Positions 49,200 to 57,074 of a stretch of 57,074 nt of DNA are shown here, piece after piece. This DNA comes from a virus, in the UHGV virus genome UHGV-2195224; one strand, 5' to 3'. Within the stretch, counting starts at the first letter, position 1. Every line of letters starts with the position of its first letter. The translations under genes were made by a program, and so were the position numbers. The notes beneath the pieces are model-generated. The model was not told the origin of the DNA and did no database searches. It saw only the letters and a list, made by a program, of their open reading frames with translations.

Positions 49200-49693
49200 T
49201 AAGCCCCCACGTAATTCCCTGACAGATACCACTCTTCACCCGATGCAGCGCGCTTGCTGCTTTTCCGTAAGCACCGCTCACGATGCGCCAGAAAATTGTT
49301 TCGTTCTGGCTGGGAGTGGCTTTCACGGAATGCCTCCATCCACACCGTTGCAGCTCGACGGAATAAGCCCCTGGACTCCAGTTCTTCAGCCTGGCGGGTC
49401 AGGCACAAAATCACCCGGGGGTCGTTAGTGCCGACATAGAAATTGCGCATAGGTCTGGTTTCACGAACTGGTTGTGGTTCCGGCTCCTGCGCTCTCTCAG
49501 TCAGGCGCGGGAAATGTCTGCGTGTATCTCCTTCACAACGGTGAGCCACACGCCCACTCTGACGTAACTTGCTTGCTGACTGCAGAACGCGCTGCCGTGA
49601 GTAACCTGCAAAAGCATCCGCAATGTCTCCGGAAGTACACCCCGGATGGGCTTCAATGAATTTCTGAACTTCATTCAAAAGACTCATAATCAC
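49199..49693 (-). CDS. phage protein with PerC-like C-terminal motif
   Basis: 164-aa ORF; ...ESRGLFRRAATVWMEAF... resembles the PerC-family GLWRRAA motif. Confidence 0.4.
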   Translation of the reverse strand: MIMSLLNEVQKFIEAHPGCTSGDIADAFAGYSRQRVLQSASKLRQSGRVAHRCEGDTRRHFPRLTERAQEPEPQPVRETRPMRNFYVGTNDPRVILCLTRQAEELESRGLFRRAATVWMEAFRESHSQPERNNFLAHRERCLRKSSKRAASGEEWYLSGNYVGA

Positions 49694-50661
49694 CCCCTGA
49701 ATCCTGCCGGGATCTGGCTGTAGTCCACGTTGTCGTAACTGGCTTTGAAGTACGGGTCTTCACGTTTTTCTGTGTGCGTGCTGACGGACGGCGATAAGCG
49801 CAGGGAAAGCTCATCCCATTTTTCCCGCAACTTCGACGGGCTGAGCACGTTACGGCACCAGAACGGATCGCGGCTGACGCGGCTGTACATCTCGCAGATT
49901 TGTTTGTGAGTACGACCATCCTGCACACACATCAGGCGAATTTCGTTTGCCCAGGCTGTCCAGTTAGGTTCTTTGGGACGAACCACATCGCCGTCACATT
50001 CGGCGGCCTGCTCGTACAGGGCGATGATTTTTTTCCAGAGCCACTGTGCGCAGGTCAAATCATCCTGCGTCCCCCACTGGCGCTTTTTAGGGCTGAATAC
50101 AACCGCATCAGGATGGCGAGTTAAAAAATCCTGTTCATCCGTCTGCGTGTCCGGTTGCGAAGCGTCCGGACGAGAAGGTTTTTTATCTGACGGATCATGT
50201 TTTGATTTTACTGACGGATCCCCGCCAGATTCTGACGGGTGAAAACCCGCTTTTTTGCCAGATTTCGACGCATCAAATTTTGACGGGTCAGATTTTGATG
50301 CGTCAGATTTTGACGGGTCAGATTTTGATGCGTCAGATTTTGACGGGTCAGAATCTGACAGTTGAGAAAATGCCGCTGCCTGAAGCTTCGCAACGTTAAG
50401 CTGATAAACATTCGACGCATTGCGGTTACCCTGGCGACGCGCCTTACGCGTTAACCAGCCTTCTGCTTCCAGCCGTGCGATAGCCGTTCTGACGGTACTC
50501 ATCCCCGCGCCAATCTGACGGGCAATGGTTTCAATTGATGGCCAGCACACACCTTCGTCATTACTGAAATCAGCCAGGCGGGCCATAATTGCCACGCTGG
50601 ATAACTTCATGCCTGACGCAGCGCAACCATCCCATACATAGCCGGTTAATTTAGTGCTCAT
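49690..50661 (-). CDS. replication initiation protein (O-like; wHTH N-terminus, internal iteron-encoded repeats)
   Basis: 323-aa ORF; internal SDPSKSDASK repeats; C-terminal block PNWTAWANEIRLM...VLSPSKLREKWDEL parallels PNFAGWANDIRLM...VLSPAKLRDKWTQL in the prophage 1 O protein. Confidence 0.7.
   Translation of the reverse strand: MSTKLTGYVWDGCAASGMKLSSVAIMARLADFSNDEGVCWPSIETIARQIGAGMSTVRTAIARLEAEGWLTRKARRQGNRNASNVYQLNVAKLQAAAFSQLSDSDPSKSDASKSDPSKSDASKSDPSKFDASKSGKKAGFHPSESGGDPSVKSKHDPSDKKPSRPDASQPDTQTDEQDFLTRHPDAVVFSPKKRQWGTQDDLTCAQWLWKKIIALYEQAAECDGDVVRPKEPNWTAWANEIRLMCVQDGRTHKQICEMYSRVSRDPFWCRNVLSPSKLREKWDELSLRLSPSVSTHTEKREDPYFKASYDNVDYSQIPAGFRG
50255..50362. repeat. ori iterons: about six tandem 15-bp units tcagattttga(c/t)g(g/c)g inside the replication gene
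   Basis: catcaaattttgacgggtcagattttgatgcgtcagattttgacgggtcagattttgatgcgtcagattttgacgggtcagaatctgac. Confidence 0.6.
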
Positions 50662-50670
50662 GACCGACCT

Positions 50671-51009
50671 CTATTTCCCTGAATTTACGACGAAACTGTT
50701 CGAGCGGACTGAAGCATTCATGCTCATAGCCTTCGCGGAGGTAGATAACCCGTTGTGTTTCCGGTTCCCAACGAATGACTCTGACGGGCACTCCGTAGTG
50801 ATCTTTGAACCAGCGGTTAACTTGTCGCAAAGGACTGTCTCCTTCTGCCGGTTGAAATCACCCACAGCCCACTCAGCAAAGCTGTGGGTTACAATTTCCC
50901 TGTCACCTGGTACATTTACTGCATAGCAATACTCCACCTTCGCTTTTCCACCCGGTACAGGAAGCGCAATCAGTTGCGAGCGACGGTAGTGTGTTGTTAA
51001 ACTGTTCAT
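50671..51009 (-). CDS. hypothetical early protein (e14 YmfM-like position)
   Basis: 112-aa ORF between the YmfL-like gene and the replication gene. Confidence 0.4.
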   Translation of the reverse strand: MNSLTTHYRRSQLIALPVPGGKAKVEYCYAVNVPGDREIVTHSFAEWAVGDFNRQKETVLCDKLTAGSKITTECPSESFVGNRKHNGLSTSAKAMSMNASVRSNSFVVNSGK

Positions 51010-51569
51010 GCGTTAGTTTCTCCACAGTCACGACACGCCACGGCGCCCGGAGCTGCACACTCGCGGGCGTCACTACTTTCTGAAACGCAAAAGATTTTGT
51101 AGACCAGTGCTGCATGCTCCTGCAGCTTCGAAATTGAGAGGTACAGCTCATCGTTAATTGCTGTCTTCTCATGCGGTTCCACTACACCGTCTTCAATTGC
51201 TGAACGAATCTGTTTTGAATAACTGCCGATCTGTTCAATGACCTCCAGCAGGCGTTGGTTGATATCGGCGTTGTCCACATCCTCGACGTCAGGAAGAGAC
51301 ACAAAGACGCCATTTGCAGACTGCGCCACAGCATCAGCAATGAAGTGAGTGCCACCAGCACGCTGTAAAACCATTGCCCATCCCAGCGGGAAAATCTGAT
51401 CGCCATCTGCACGAAGGCGGTTGAATAAAGCGTTTTCTGTTACATCGAGCCAGTCAGCCGCTTCAGCGTAACCACCCGGCAACGCCGCGATAGTTTTTCT
51501 GACAGCTTTCACGTACCACTCAGGCTGTTTTTCTATTTTCCAGTGATGCTTACCCACGATTAGCCTCAT
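51006..51569 (-). CDS. phage early regulatory protein (e14 YmfL-like position, follows cro)
   Basis: 187-aa [55 protein letters not shown]... Confidence 0.45.
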   Translation of the reverse strand: MRLIVGKHHWKIEKQPEWYVKAVRKTIAALPGGYAEAADWLDVTENALFNRLRADGDQIFPLGWAMVLQRAGGTHFIADAVAQSANGVFVSLPDVEDVDNADINQRLLEVIEQIGSYSKQIRSAIEDGVVEPHEKTAINDELYLSISKLQEHAALVYKIFCVSESSDARECAAPGAVACRDCGETNA

Positions 51570-51600
51570 CGTTCTGTGGTTAAAAATTGAAAGTGTTCTG

Positions 51601-51801
51601 CTAATCTTTCGGATAGATATCCGGTCTTAAGTCAGATTTCGTAATTGCACCTGACGTGCATTGCTCAAGTTTTTTAGCCAGCACAAAACTGGCTTTTTTA
51701 TAGCCATTGAAAACCAGCCGTAAGTAGCCAGGTGTTGAGCCAACTTTTCCGGCCAACTCGCCCTGCTGTTCTTTGGTTAAAGAGTCCCAATACGCTTTCA
51801 T
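51601..51801 (-). CDS. cro: Cro-like HTH repressor (66 aa)
   Basis: Internal ATG MKAYWDSLTKEQQGELAGKVGSTPGYLRLVFNGYKK...; divergent from cI across an operator gap. Confidence 0.6.
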   Translation of the reverse strand: MKAYWDSLTKEQQGELAGKVGSTPGYLRLVFNGYKKASFVLAKKLEQCTSGAITKSDLRPDIYPKD

Positions 51802-51891
51802 ACAATATGTACCTCCGGTGTACATATTACATGATTGAAATGAACCTTCAAGATACTTGTACCTTAACGGTACAAGGGTTTTAATTTCGTT
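51802..51891. promoter_or_regulatory. immunity switch of prophage 2 (OR operators, divergent promoters)
   Basis: palindromes atatgtacctccggtgtacatat and cttgtaccttaacggtacaag (GTAC half-sites). Confidence 0.55.
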
Positions 51892-52566
51892 ATGAAAACA
51901 ATCCATGACATCCGGCGGTCTAACGCCAGAAAACTGAGAGATGGTGTTGGCGGGAATTCTTCCTTTGCCACTATGATTGATCGCGAGCCAACCCAGACCA
52001 GCAGGTTTATGGGAGATGGTGCTACTAAAAATATCGGTGACAGCATGGCACGACACATCGAAAAATGTTTCGACCTGCCTGTCGGATGGCTCGATCAAGA
52101 ACACCAGACAACGAACATCACAAAAAAACCTGATGTTTCAATCACTAATAAACAAATCACATTAGTCCCTGTCATATCATGGGTACAGGCCGGAGCATGG
52201 AAAGAAGTTGGATATTCTGAGGTTGATTTGAGCACAGCAGAAACGTATCCCTGCCCTGTACCCTGTGGGGAAATGACTTATATCTTGCGGGTGATAGGTG
52301 ATTCAATGATTGATGAGTACCGCCCGGGAGACATGATTTTTGTCGATCCTGAAGTACCTGCCTGCCACGGTGACGACGTTATTGCATTGATGCACGATAC
52401 AGGTGAAACCACCTTCAAAAGGTTGATAGAAGATGGGACACAGCGTTATCTCAAAGCGTTAAACCCAAACTGGCCTGAGCCTTACATTAAGATCAACGGT
52501 AATTGCTCTATAATTGGTACTGTGATTTTCTCAGGAAAACCAAGAAGATACAAAATCAAAGCCTAA
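51892..52566 (+). CDS. cI: CI-type repressor (HTH plus S24 LexA-like domain)
   Basis: 224-aa ORF; C-terminal ...LRVIGDSMIDEYRPGDMIFVDPE... S24 peptidase motif. Confidence 0.85.
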   Translation: MKTIHDIRRSNARKLRDGVGGNSSFATMIDREPTQTSRFMGDGATKNIGDSMARHIEKCFDLPVGWLDQEHQTTNITKKPDVSITNKQITLVPVISWVQAGAWKEVGYSEVDLSTAETYPCPVPCGEMTYILRVIGDSMIDEYRPGDMIFVDPEVPACHGDDVIALMHDTGETTFKRLIEDGTQRYLKALNPNWPEPYIKINGNCSIIGTVIFSGKPRRYKIKA

Positions 52567-52577
52567 TCAATGTTTAT

Positions 52578-52603
52578 GAACCTGCTTCGGCAGGTTTTTT
52601 TAT
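52578..52603 (+). terminator. intrinsic terminator after cI
   Basis: hairpin cctgcttcggcagg followed by TTTTTTTAT. Confidence 0.55.
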
Positions 52604-52719
52604 ACTTGACAATGTACCCTTGAGATACATAATGTACCCAAGAGAAACAACAAACAGGCAGGATGCCCACAAAGTAGCCGCCTGGGGCATATGAAGTCCA
52701 GGATGATTCGTTAGCAACA

Positions 52720-52748
52720 AAAAAGCGCCCTATAGGACGCTTCGCTCT
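52720..52748 (-). terminator. intrinsic terminator after the DUF1311-like gene
   Basis: minus-strand hairpin agcgtcctatagggcgct followed by TTTTTTGTTGC. Confidence 0.5.
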
Positions 52749-52768
52749 TTAACAATCTGGATGACTTA

Positions 52769-53281
52769 TTACTCAGATTTGAACTTTGGTTCTGGCAAAA
52801 GAGGAGGAGTTGAGTCCTCGAATCGTAGCCAGTGCTCCCAGATATCGTGGGATTGTAATTCCAGAAGACCAATTTGACGTGATGCAACTGCAGTGCCAGC
52901 TATAGTTCCTCCTGCATAATCAACCTGGACGGACTTTGACGCTTTCTCAATTAATTCTGTCCAAGCTTCACTTTCCGCGTTAAAAGAAGCAGTTAATTCC
53001 TGCAGACGCTGTGGATCATCCTTGTTGTCTTGTTTCAAACGATTCAGGGCGGCCACCGAATACTTATTCTTAACCCAACTAACCTGAGCTAACTGAACTC
53101 TCTGACAAGCGTCCATATCAGTAGTTGTTTCCTGAGGCATATCAAAGCAGGAAATAAAAAAAGTCTCAACACCATCATTTAGACTACTGCTCGGCTGGTT
53201 CAAAGCATCAGAAGCATTGGATGCTATCGGTATTATCAGTGCTACCGACAGAATCAAACGTTTAACATAAATCGCTCCCAT
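52769..53281 (-). CDS. secreted/periplasmic protein (DUF1311 / LprI-like lysozyme-inhibitor family?)
   Basis: 170-aa ORF with signal peptide and SD agagggg; own terminator; convergent with cI; family assignment from memory. Confidence 0.5.
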   Translation of the reverse strand: MGAIYVKRLILSVALIIPIASNASDALNQPSSSLNDGVETFFISCFDMPQETTTDMDACQRVQLAQVSWVKNKYSVAALNRLKQDNKDDPQRLQELTASFNAESEAWTELIEKASKSVQVDYAGGTIAGTAVASRQIGLLELQSHDIWEHWLRFEDSTPPLLPEPKFKSE

Positions 53282-53559
53282 TTAATTATCCCCTCTAAGA
53301 ACAGAGTCATCCAGATTAGCCGAATCCTTGTTGTTGGGGAATAACCAGGCCCACCTCGCCTGATGTGGCTAAAAGCAGGCACATAACAGCTAAGTATTTT
53401 CAACCAGAGAGAATCCTTAGCGTTGTGGTGAATGCGGCTCAGCGCACGCGGGTTAAGGTTGAGGCTGACAGTCGACCTTCTGTGGATACCCACCCGCCTG
53501 GTGTGCAACCTTCGCCAGGCACCGGGAGGCACCCGGCACCACAACTTTATGCTGTGTGT

Positions 53560-53606
53560 AGTCCTGGCGGTACCAGCTTGTACCCTTGCTTCCTGCTGGT
53601 ACCGCT
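53560..53606. promoter_or_regulatory. putative OL/pL of prophage 2
   Basis: GGTACCAGCTTGTACC and a second GGTACC share GTAC half-sites with the cro-cI gap operators. Confidence 0.4.
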
Positions 53607-53749
53607 CTTTTTACAAAACAGAGAAGAGCATCACCGGACGACGGGCTCATAACCCAATCCACCCGGGCGGCTGCCACCGCAGGTGTTCTTCTCTGTTTTG
53701 TGGAGAAACCAACCGACCTTGCAGGGTCGATATGATGAGGAACAGCAAA

Positions 53750-54112
53750 ATGGCTAGCGAACGCAGTACCAACGTGCAGGAATTTATCGGGGAGCTGGAC
53801 GGCGGCGTATTTGAAACCAAAATCGGCGCAGTTCTCAGTGAAGTCGCTTCCGGTGTGATGAACACGAAAACCAAAGGTAAGGTCTCGCTCAACCTGGAAA
53901 TCGAACCATTTGATGAGAACCGTGTGAAAATCAAACACAAACTCTCATATGTTCGCCCGACTAACCGCGGGAAAATTTCTGAAGAAGACACCACCGAAAC
54001 GCCGATGTATGTCAATCGCGGTGGTCGCCTGACTATTCTGCAGGAAGACCAGGGACAATTACTGACTCTTGCCGGTGAACCTGACGGAAAACTCCGCGCA
54101 GCAGGTCATTAA
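53750..54112 (+). CDS. hypothetical early-left protein (CPS-53 YfdP-like, 120 aa)
   Basis: ATG with SD gagga; MASERSTNVQEFIGELDGGVFETKIGAVLSEVASGVMNTKTKGK... Confidence 0.5.
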   Translation: MASERSTNVQEFIGELDGGVFETKIGAVLSEVASGVMNTKTKGKVSLNLEIEPFDENRVKIKHKLSYVRPTNRGKISEEDTTETPMYVNRGGRLTILQEDQGQLLTLAGEPDGKLRAAGH

Positions 54113-54177
54113 TATCGTTTTTAATTAACTGATTATTTATCTCATCACTGAATATTTTTATATAGTGAGGACTTATT

Positions 54178-55002
54178 ATGTCTCAGAACTTAGACGCAAC
54201 TGCAATTAATCAAATCCATGCACTTATTTCTGCTCAGGGTGTTAATGAAATTATCAGTAAGATTGGTGCTGATGCTGTGGCATTGCCTGAGAATTTCCGC
54301 ATTCATGATCTGGAAAAATTTAATTTAAATCGTTTCCGTTTCCGTGGTGCGCTTTCCACTGCCAGCATCGATGACTTTACCCGTTATTCTAAAGATCTTG
54401 CAGATGAAGGCACCCGCTGCTTTATCGATGCCGATAATATGCGTGCCGTCAGTGTGCTTAACCTGGGTACTATTGATGAACCAGGTCACGCAGATAACAC
54501 CGCCACTCTCAAACTGAAAAAAACAGCACCGTTCTCTGCTCTGTTGTCTGTTAATGGCGAGCGTAACTCCCAGAAATCACTGGCAGAATGGATTGAAGAC
54601 TGGGCCGACTACCTTGTGGGCTTTGATGCTCATGGTGACACCATTCAGGCAACAAAAGCGGCTGCGGCAGTCCGTAAAATCACGATTGAAGCAAACCAGA
54701 CCGCTGAGTTTGAAGATAATGACTTAAGCGGCAAACGCTCCCTGATGGAGTCTGTCGAAGCGAAGACCAAAGACATTATGCCAGTGGCATTTGAATTTAA
54801 ATGCGTTCCGTTTGAAGGTCTGAAAGAACGTCCGTTTAAATTACGCCTCAGCATTATCACTGGCGATCGTCCTGTATTGGTTCTGCGCATTATTCAGCTG
54901 GAAGCGGTGCAGGAAGATATGGCTAACGAATTTCGTGATCTGCTTGTTGAGAAATTCAAAGACAGCAAAGTAGAAACCTTTATTGGTACTTTCACCGCCT
55001 GA
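54178..55002 (+). CDS. DUF2303-family protein (CPS-53 YfdQ-like, 274 aa)
   Basis: [64 protein letters not shown]... Confidence 0.55.
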   Translation: MSQNLDATAINQIHALISAQGVNEIISKIGADAVALPENFRIHDLEKFNLNRFRFRGALSTASIDDFTRYSKDLADEGTRCFIDADNMRAVSVLNLGTIDEPGHADNTATLKLKKTAPFSALLSVNGERNSQKSLAEWIEDWADYLVGFDAHGDTIQATKAAAAVRKITIEANQTAEFEDNDLSGKRSLMESVEAKTKDIMPVAFEFKCVPFEGLKERPFKLRLSIITGDRPVLVLRIIQLEAVQEDMANEFRDLLVEKFKDSKVETFIGTFTA

Positions 55003-55021
55003 TTTCATTACTGCAAATGCC

Positions 55022-55048
55022 CCTGCGGGGGCATTTATGGAAACGTAA
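55022..55048 (+). terminator. possible intrinsic terminator
   Basis: hairpin aaatgcccctgcgggggcattt. Confidence 0.4.
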
Positions 55049-55129
55049 TTTACTCAATAATCGCCGGATGGTAAGGGATTCTTTTTACCAGAATTCAGCG
55101 CGGTGCAGCGCATATACGTGGAGAACAAA

Positions 55130-55666
55130 ATGTCATTTATTAAAACTTTTTCCGGGAAGCATTTTTATTATGACAAGATAAATAAAGACGACATCGATAT
55201 TAACGATATCGCGGTTTCCCTTTCAAATATCTGTCGCTTTGCCGGTCATCTTTCGCACTTCTACAGCGTCGCCCAACATGCGGTGCTTTGCAGCCAGCTG
55301 GTACCGCAGGAATTTGCTTTTGAAGCGTTAATGCATGATGCAACAGAAGCGTATTGCCAGGACATCCCCGCACCACTGAAACGCCTTCTTCCTGACTATA
55401 AACGGATGGAAGAAAAAATAGACACCATAATCCGTGAGAAATACGGGTTACCCCCGGTTATGAGCACGCCTGTGAAATATGCCGATCTCATCATGCTGGC
55501 AACCGAACGCCGCGATCTCGGGCTTGATGATGGCTCTTTCTGGCCTGTACTGGAAGGTATCCCGGCAACAGAGATGTTCAACGTGATTCCACTGGCACCG
55601 GGCCATGCCTACGGGATGTTTATGGAACGTTTTAAAGAGCTGCATAAGATGCATAAGCAATCCTAA
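55130..55666 (+). CDS. HD-domain phosphohydrolase (CPS-53 YfdR-like 5-prime-deoxynucleotidase family), 178 aa
   Basis: internal ATG MSFIKTF...; ...HLSHFYSVAQHAVLCSQL...ALMHDATEAY... HD motif. Confidence 0.55.
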   Translation: MSFIKTFSGKHFYYDKINKDDIDINDIAVSLSNICRFAGHLSHFYSVAQHAVLCSQLVPQEFAFEALMHDATEAYCQDIPAPLKRLLPDYKRMEEKIDTIIREKYGLPPVMSTPVKYADLIMLATERRDLGLDDGSFWPVLEGIPATEMFNVIPLAPGHAYGMFMERFKELHKMHKQS

Positions 55667-55720
55667 CTGCGAAATTAACTAGTGAAATAGTTTTGTAGCA
55701 AAAGAAATGATGTTATCAAA

Positions 55721-55966
55721 ATGCTTCAAATGCTGACACTTGAGGAATGGGCTGCGGAAAAATTTAGGAGTAACCCTCCAAGTGTGTCCACATTGCGTCG
55801 TTATGCTAAGCAGAATTTATTTTGTCCACCGGCAATGAAACAAGGTCGACTATGGCGAGTACGTGAGGACGCAGAGTTAGTTGGAGAATTAGTTACTCCT
55901 GTCATTAAGAAAAGTGATTCTATTATTCTACAAAGGATTTTAAGTAATGGCAGCCAGACCACGTAA
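55721..55966 (+). CDS. xis: excisionase-like protein (paralog of 16843-17079)
   Basis: 81-aa ORF MLQMLTLEEWAAEKFRSNPPSVSTLRRYAKQNLFCPPAMKQGRLW...; overlaps int start. Confidence 0.55.
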   Translation: MLQMLTLEEWAAEKFRSNPPSVSTLRRYAKQNLFCPPAMKQGRLWRVREDAELVGELVTPVIKKSDSIILQRILSNGSQTT

Positions 55967-57074
55967 GAATAATGTTTCAGTCCCGAACTTGTATCCGCTC
56001 TATAGCAGAAAAGTAAATAAAGTTTATTGGCGATATAAGCATCCAGTGACCGGGAAGTTTCATTCTTTGGGCACAAACGAAGCTGAAGCCATTGCTATTG
56101 CCACTGAGGCCAATACACGCCTAGCTGAGCAAAGAACCCGGCAGATTCTAGCTATCAGTGACAGGATCGCAACCAGCAAAGGAAAAGCAATCACAACGTC
56201 AACCTGGTTAGATCGCTATCAAGCAATCCAGGAAGACAGACTGAAAAGTGGCGATATAAAGCTCAACACCTATAAACAGAAAGCCAAACCAGTATCCTTG
56301 CTCAGGGAACGAGCAGGACTGAAGTTGATATCAGCCGTTGATGTCAGAGATATAGCACAATTACTTGATGAGTATATCTCTGCTGGACAGCCTAGAATGG
56401 CCCAGGTCGTAAGGTCTGTATTGATCGATGTGTTTAAGGAAGCACAGCATTACGGCGAAGTTCCACCAGGGTATAACCCTGCTCTTGCAACGAAGCAACC
56501 CAGAAGGAAAATTAGCCGTCAACGCCTCAGCCTAGAAGAATGGAAAAAAATATTCGATATCGCAGACGCCGCTCATCGTTATATGGGAAATGCCATGCTC
56601 CTAGCTTTGGTCACAGGGCAGCGTTTAGGAGATATATCCAAAATGAAATTTAGTGATATTTGGGAGGATCATCTTCACGTCATTCAGGAAAAGACCGGGA
56701 GCAAAATCGCTATCCCTCTTTCTTTACGTTTGAATGCTATCAACTGGTGTTTACGTGATGTAGTAGCTCGCTGCCGTGACTACGCAGTCAGCCCATACTT
56801 AGTGCATTTTTTCCGTACTACATCACAGGCTGAACGTGGCGCACAGGTAAAAGCTAATACACTAACGATGAACTTTAGCAAGGCACGTGATCTGGCAGAA
56901 ATTGATTGGGGTACTGGAACTCCAGCAACTTTTCATGAACAAAGATCTTTATCTGAGCGTCTTTACAAGGAACAAGGGATTGATACCAGAAAGTTACTGG
57001 GCCATAAAACCCAGCAGCAAACCGATCGTTACCATGATGACCGAGGGAAAGGTTGGAGCAAAGTAGCATTGTAA
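55947..57074 (+). CDS. int: tyrosine integrase (paralog of 17069-18211)
   Basis: 375-aa ORF ending at the last base of the window; ...LVTGQRLGDI..., ...HEQRSL..., ...LLGHKTQQQTDRY... Confidence 0.9.
   Translation: MAARPRKNNVSVPNLYPLYSRKVNKVYWRYKHPVTGKFHSLGTNEAEAIAIATEANTRLAEQRTRQILAISDRIATSKGKAITTSTWLDRYQAIQEDRLKSGDIKLNTYKQKAKPVSLLRERAGLKLISAVDVRDIAQLLDEYISAGQPRMAQVVRSVLIDVFKEAQHYGEVPPGYNPALATKQPRRKISRQRLSLEEWKKIFDIADAAHRYMGNAMLLALVTGQRLGDISKMKFSDIWEDHLHVIQEKTGSKIAIPLSLRLNAINWCLRDVVARCRDYAVSPYLVHFFRTTSQAERGAQVKANTLTMNFSKARDLAEIDWGTGTPATFHEQRSLSERLYKEQGIDTRKLLGHKTQQQTDRYHDDRGKGWSKVAL

Noticed and set aside
50671-51009. Possible frameshift: an alternative frame over 50660-50830 also gives a plausible peptide ending at the replication-gene start
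   Set aside because: The 112-aa ORF as called has a length consistent with the e14 YmfM-position gene; cannot distinguish without alignment
1-57074. IS elements or transposases
   Set aside because: No transposase-like ORF or terminal inverted repeats seen; the porin gene is uninterrupted

Overview
The window is almost entirely prophage DNA of Escherichia type: two lambdoid prophages in the same orientation, joined head-to-tail at a 165-bp icd 3-prime fragment (18325-18489) that acts as the att core. No rRNA, intact tRNA, CRISPR array or IS transposase was found. All homology calls come from reading the translations and recalling known families; no database search was run. Coordinates of non-ORF features are approximate to a few bp.

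Prophage 1 (1 to about 18.3 kb) is DLP12/lambda-like; its late and early-right genes are on the minus strand. It carries endolysin and pinholin (rrrD, essD), an intact antisense porin (nmpC-like), quuD, rusA, ybcO, ninE, ybcN, ybcK, emrE, ren, P and O with ori iterons, a CII-like gene, cro and cI. Left of cI lie gam, bet, exo, small early genes, xis and int. Its head and tail genes lie beyond the window start.

Prophage 2 (about 18.5 to 57 kb) is e14-like. From right to left it has int/xis, yfdPQR-like genes, a cI/cro switch, a replication gene with internal iterons, Dam methylase, rusA, Q, a lambda-type lysis cassette, terminase, an HK97-type head module and a Mu-type contractile tail. The tail ends in a G-segment-like invertible fibre cassette whose invertase gene is absent. 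The major capsid gene appears frameshifted.

The best candidates for an undescribed system are AT-rich cargo genes sitting in classic moron or defence slots:
- 44039-45650: a two-gene operon (342-aa soluble protein plus 191-aa four-helix membrane protein) antisense between Q and the holin of prophage 2. This is the top candidate.
- 12077-12940: a 287-aa gene in the rexAB/sieB slot directly downstream of cI in prophage 1.
- 18934-19902: a protein with an N-terminal HNH-like zinc finger (catalytic His replaced by Arg) and a C-terminal R-x4-H motif, in the position e14 uses for mcrA.
- 20406-21191: a 271-aa gene bracketed by two direct repeats that each contain the 3-prime 45 nt of a tRNA-Pro.

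Lower-ranked cargo includes an esterase lipoprotein (4822-5865), a membrane-anchored protein after the spanins (41885-42373) and a DUF1311-like periplasmic protein beside cI of prophage 2 (52769-53281).
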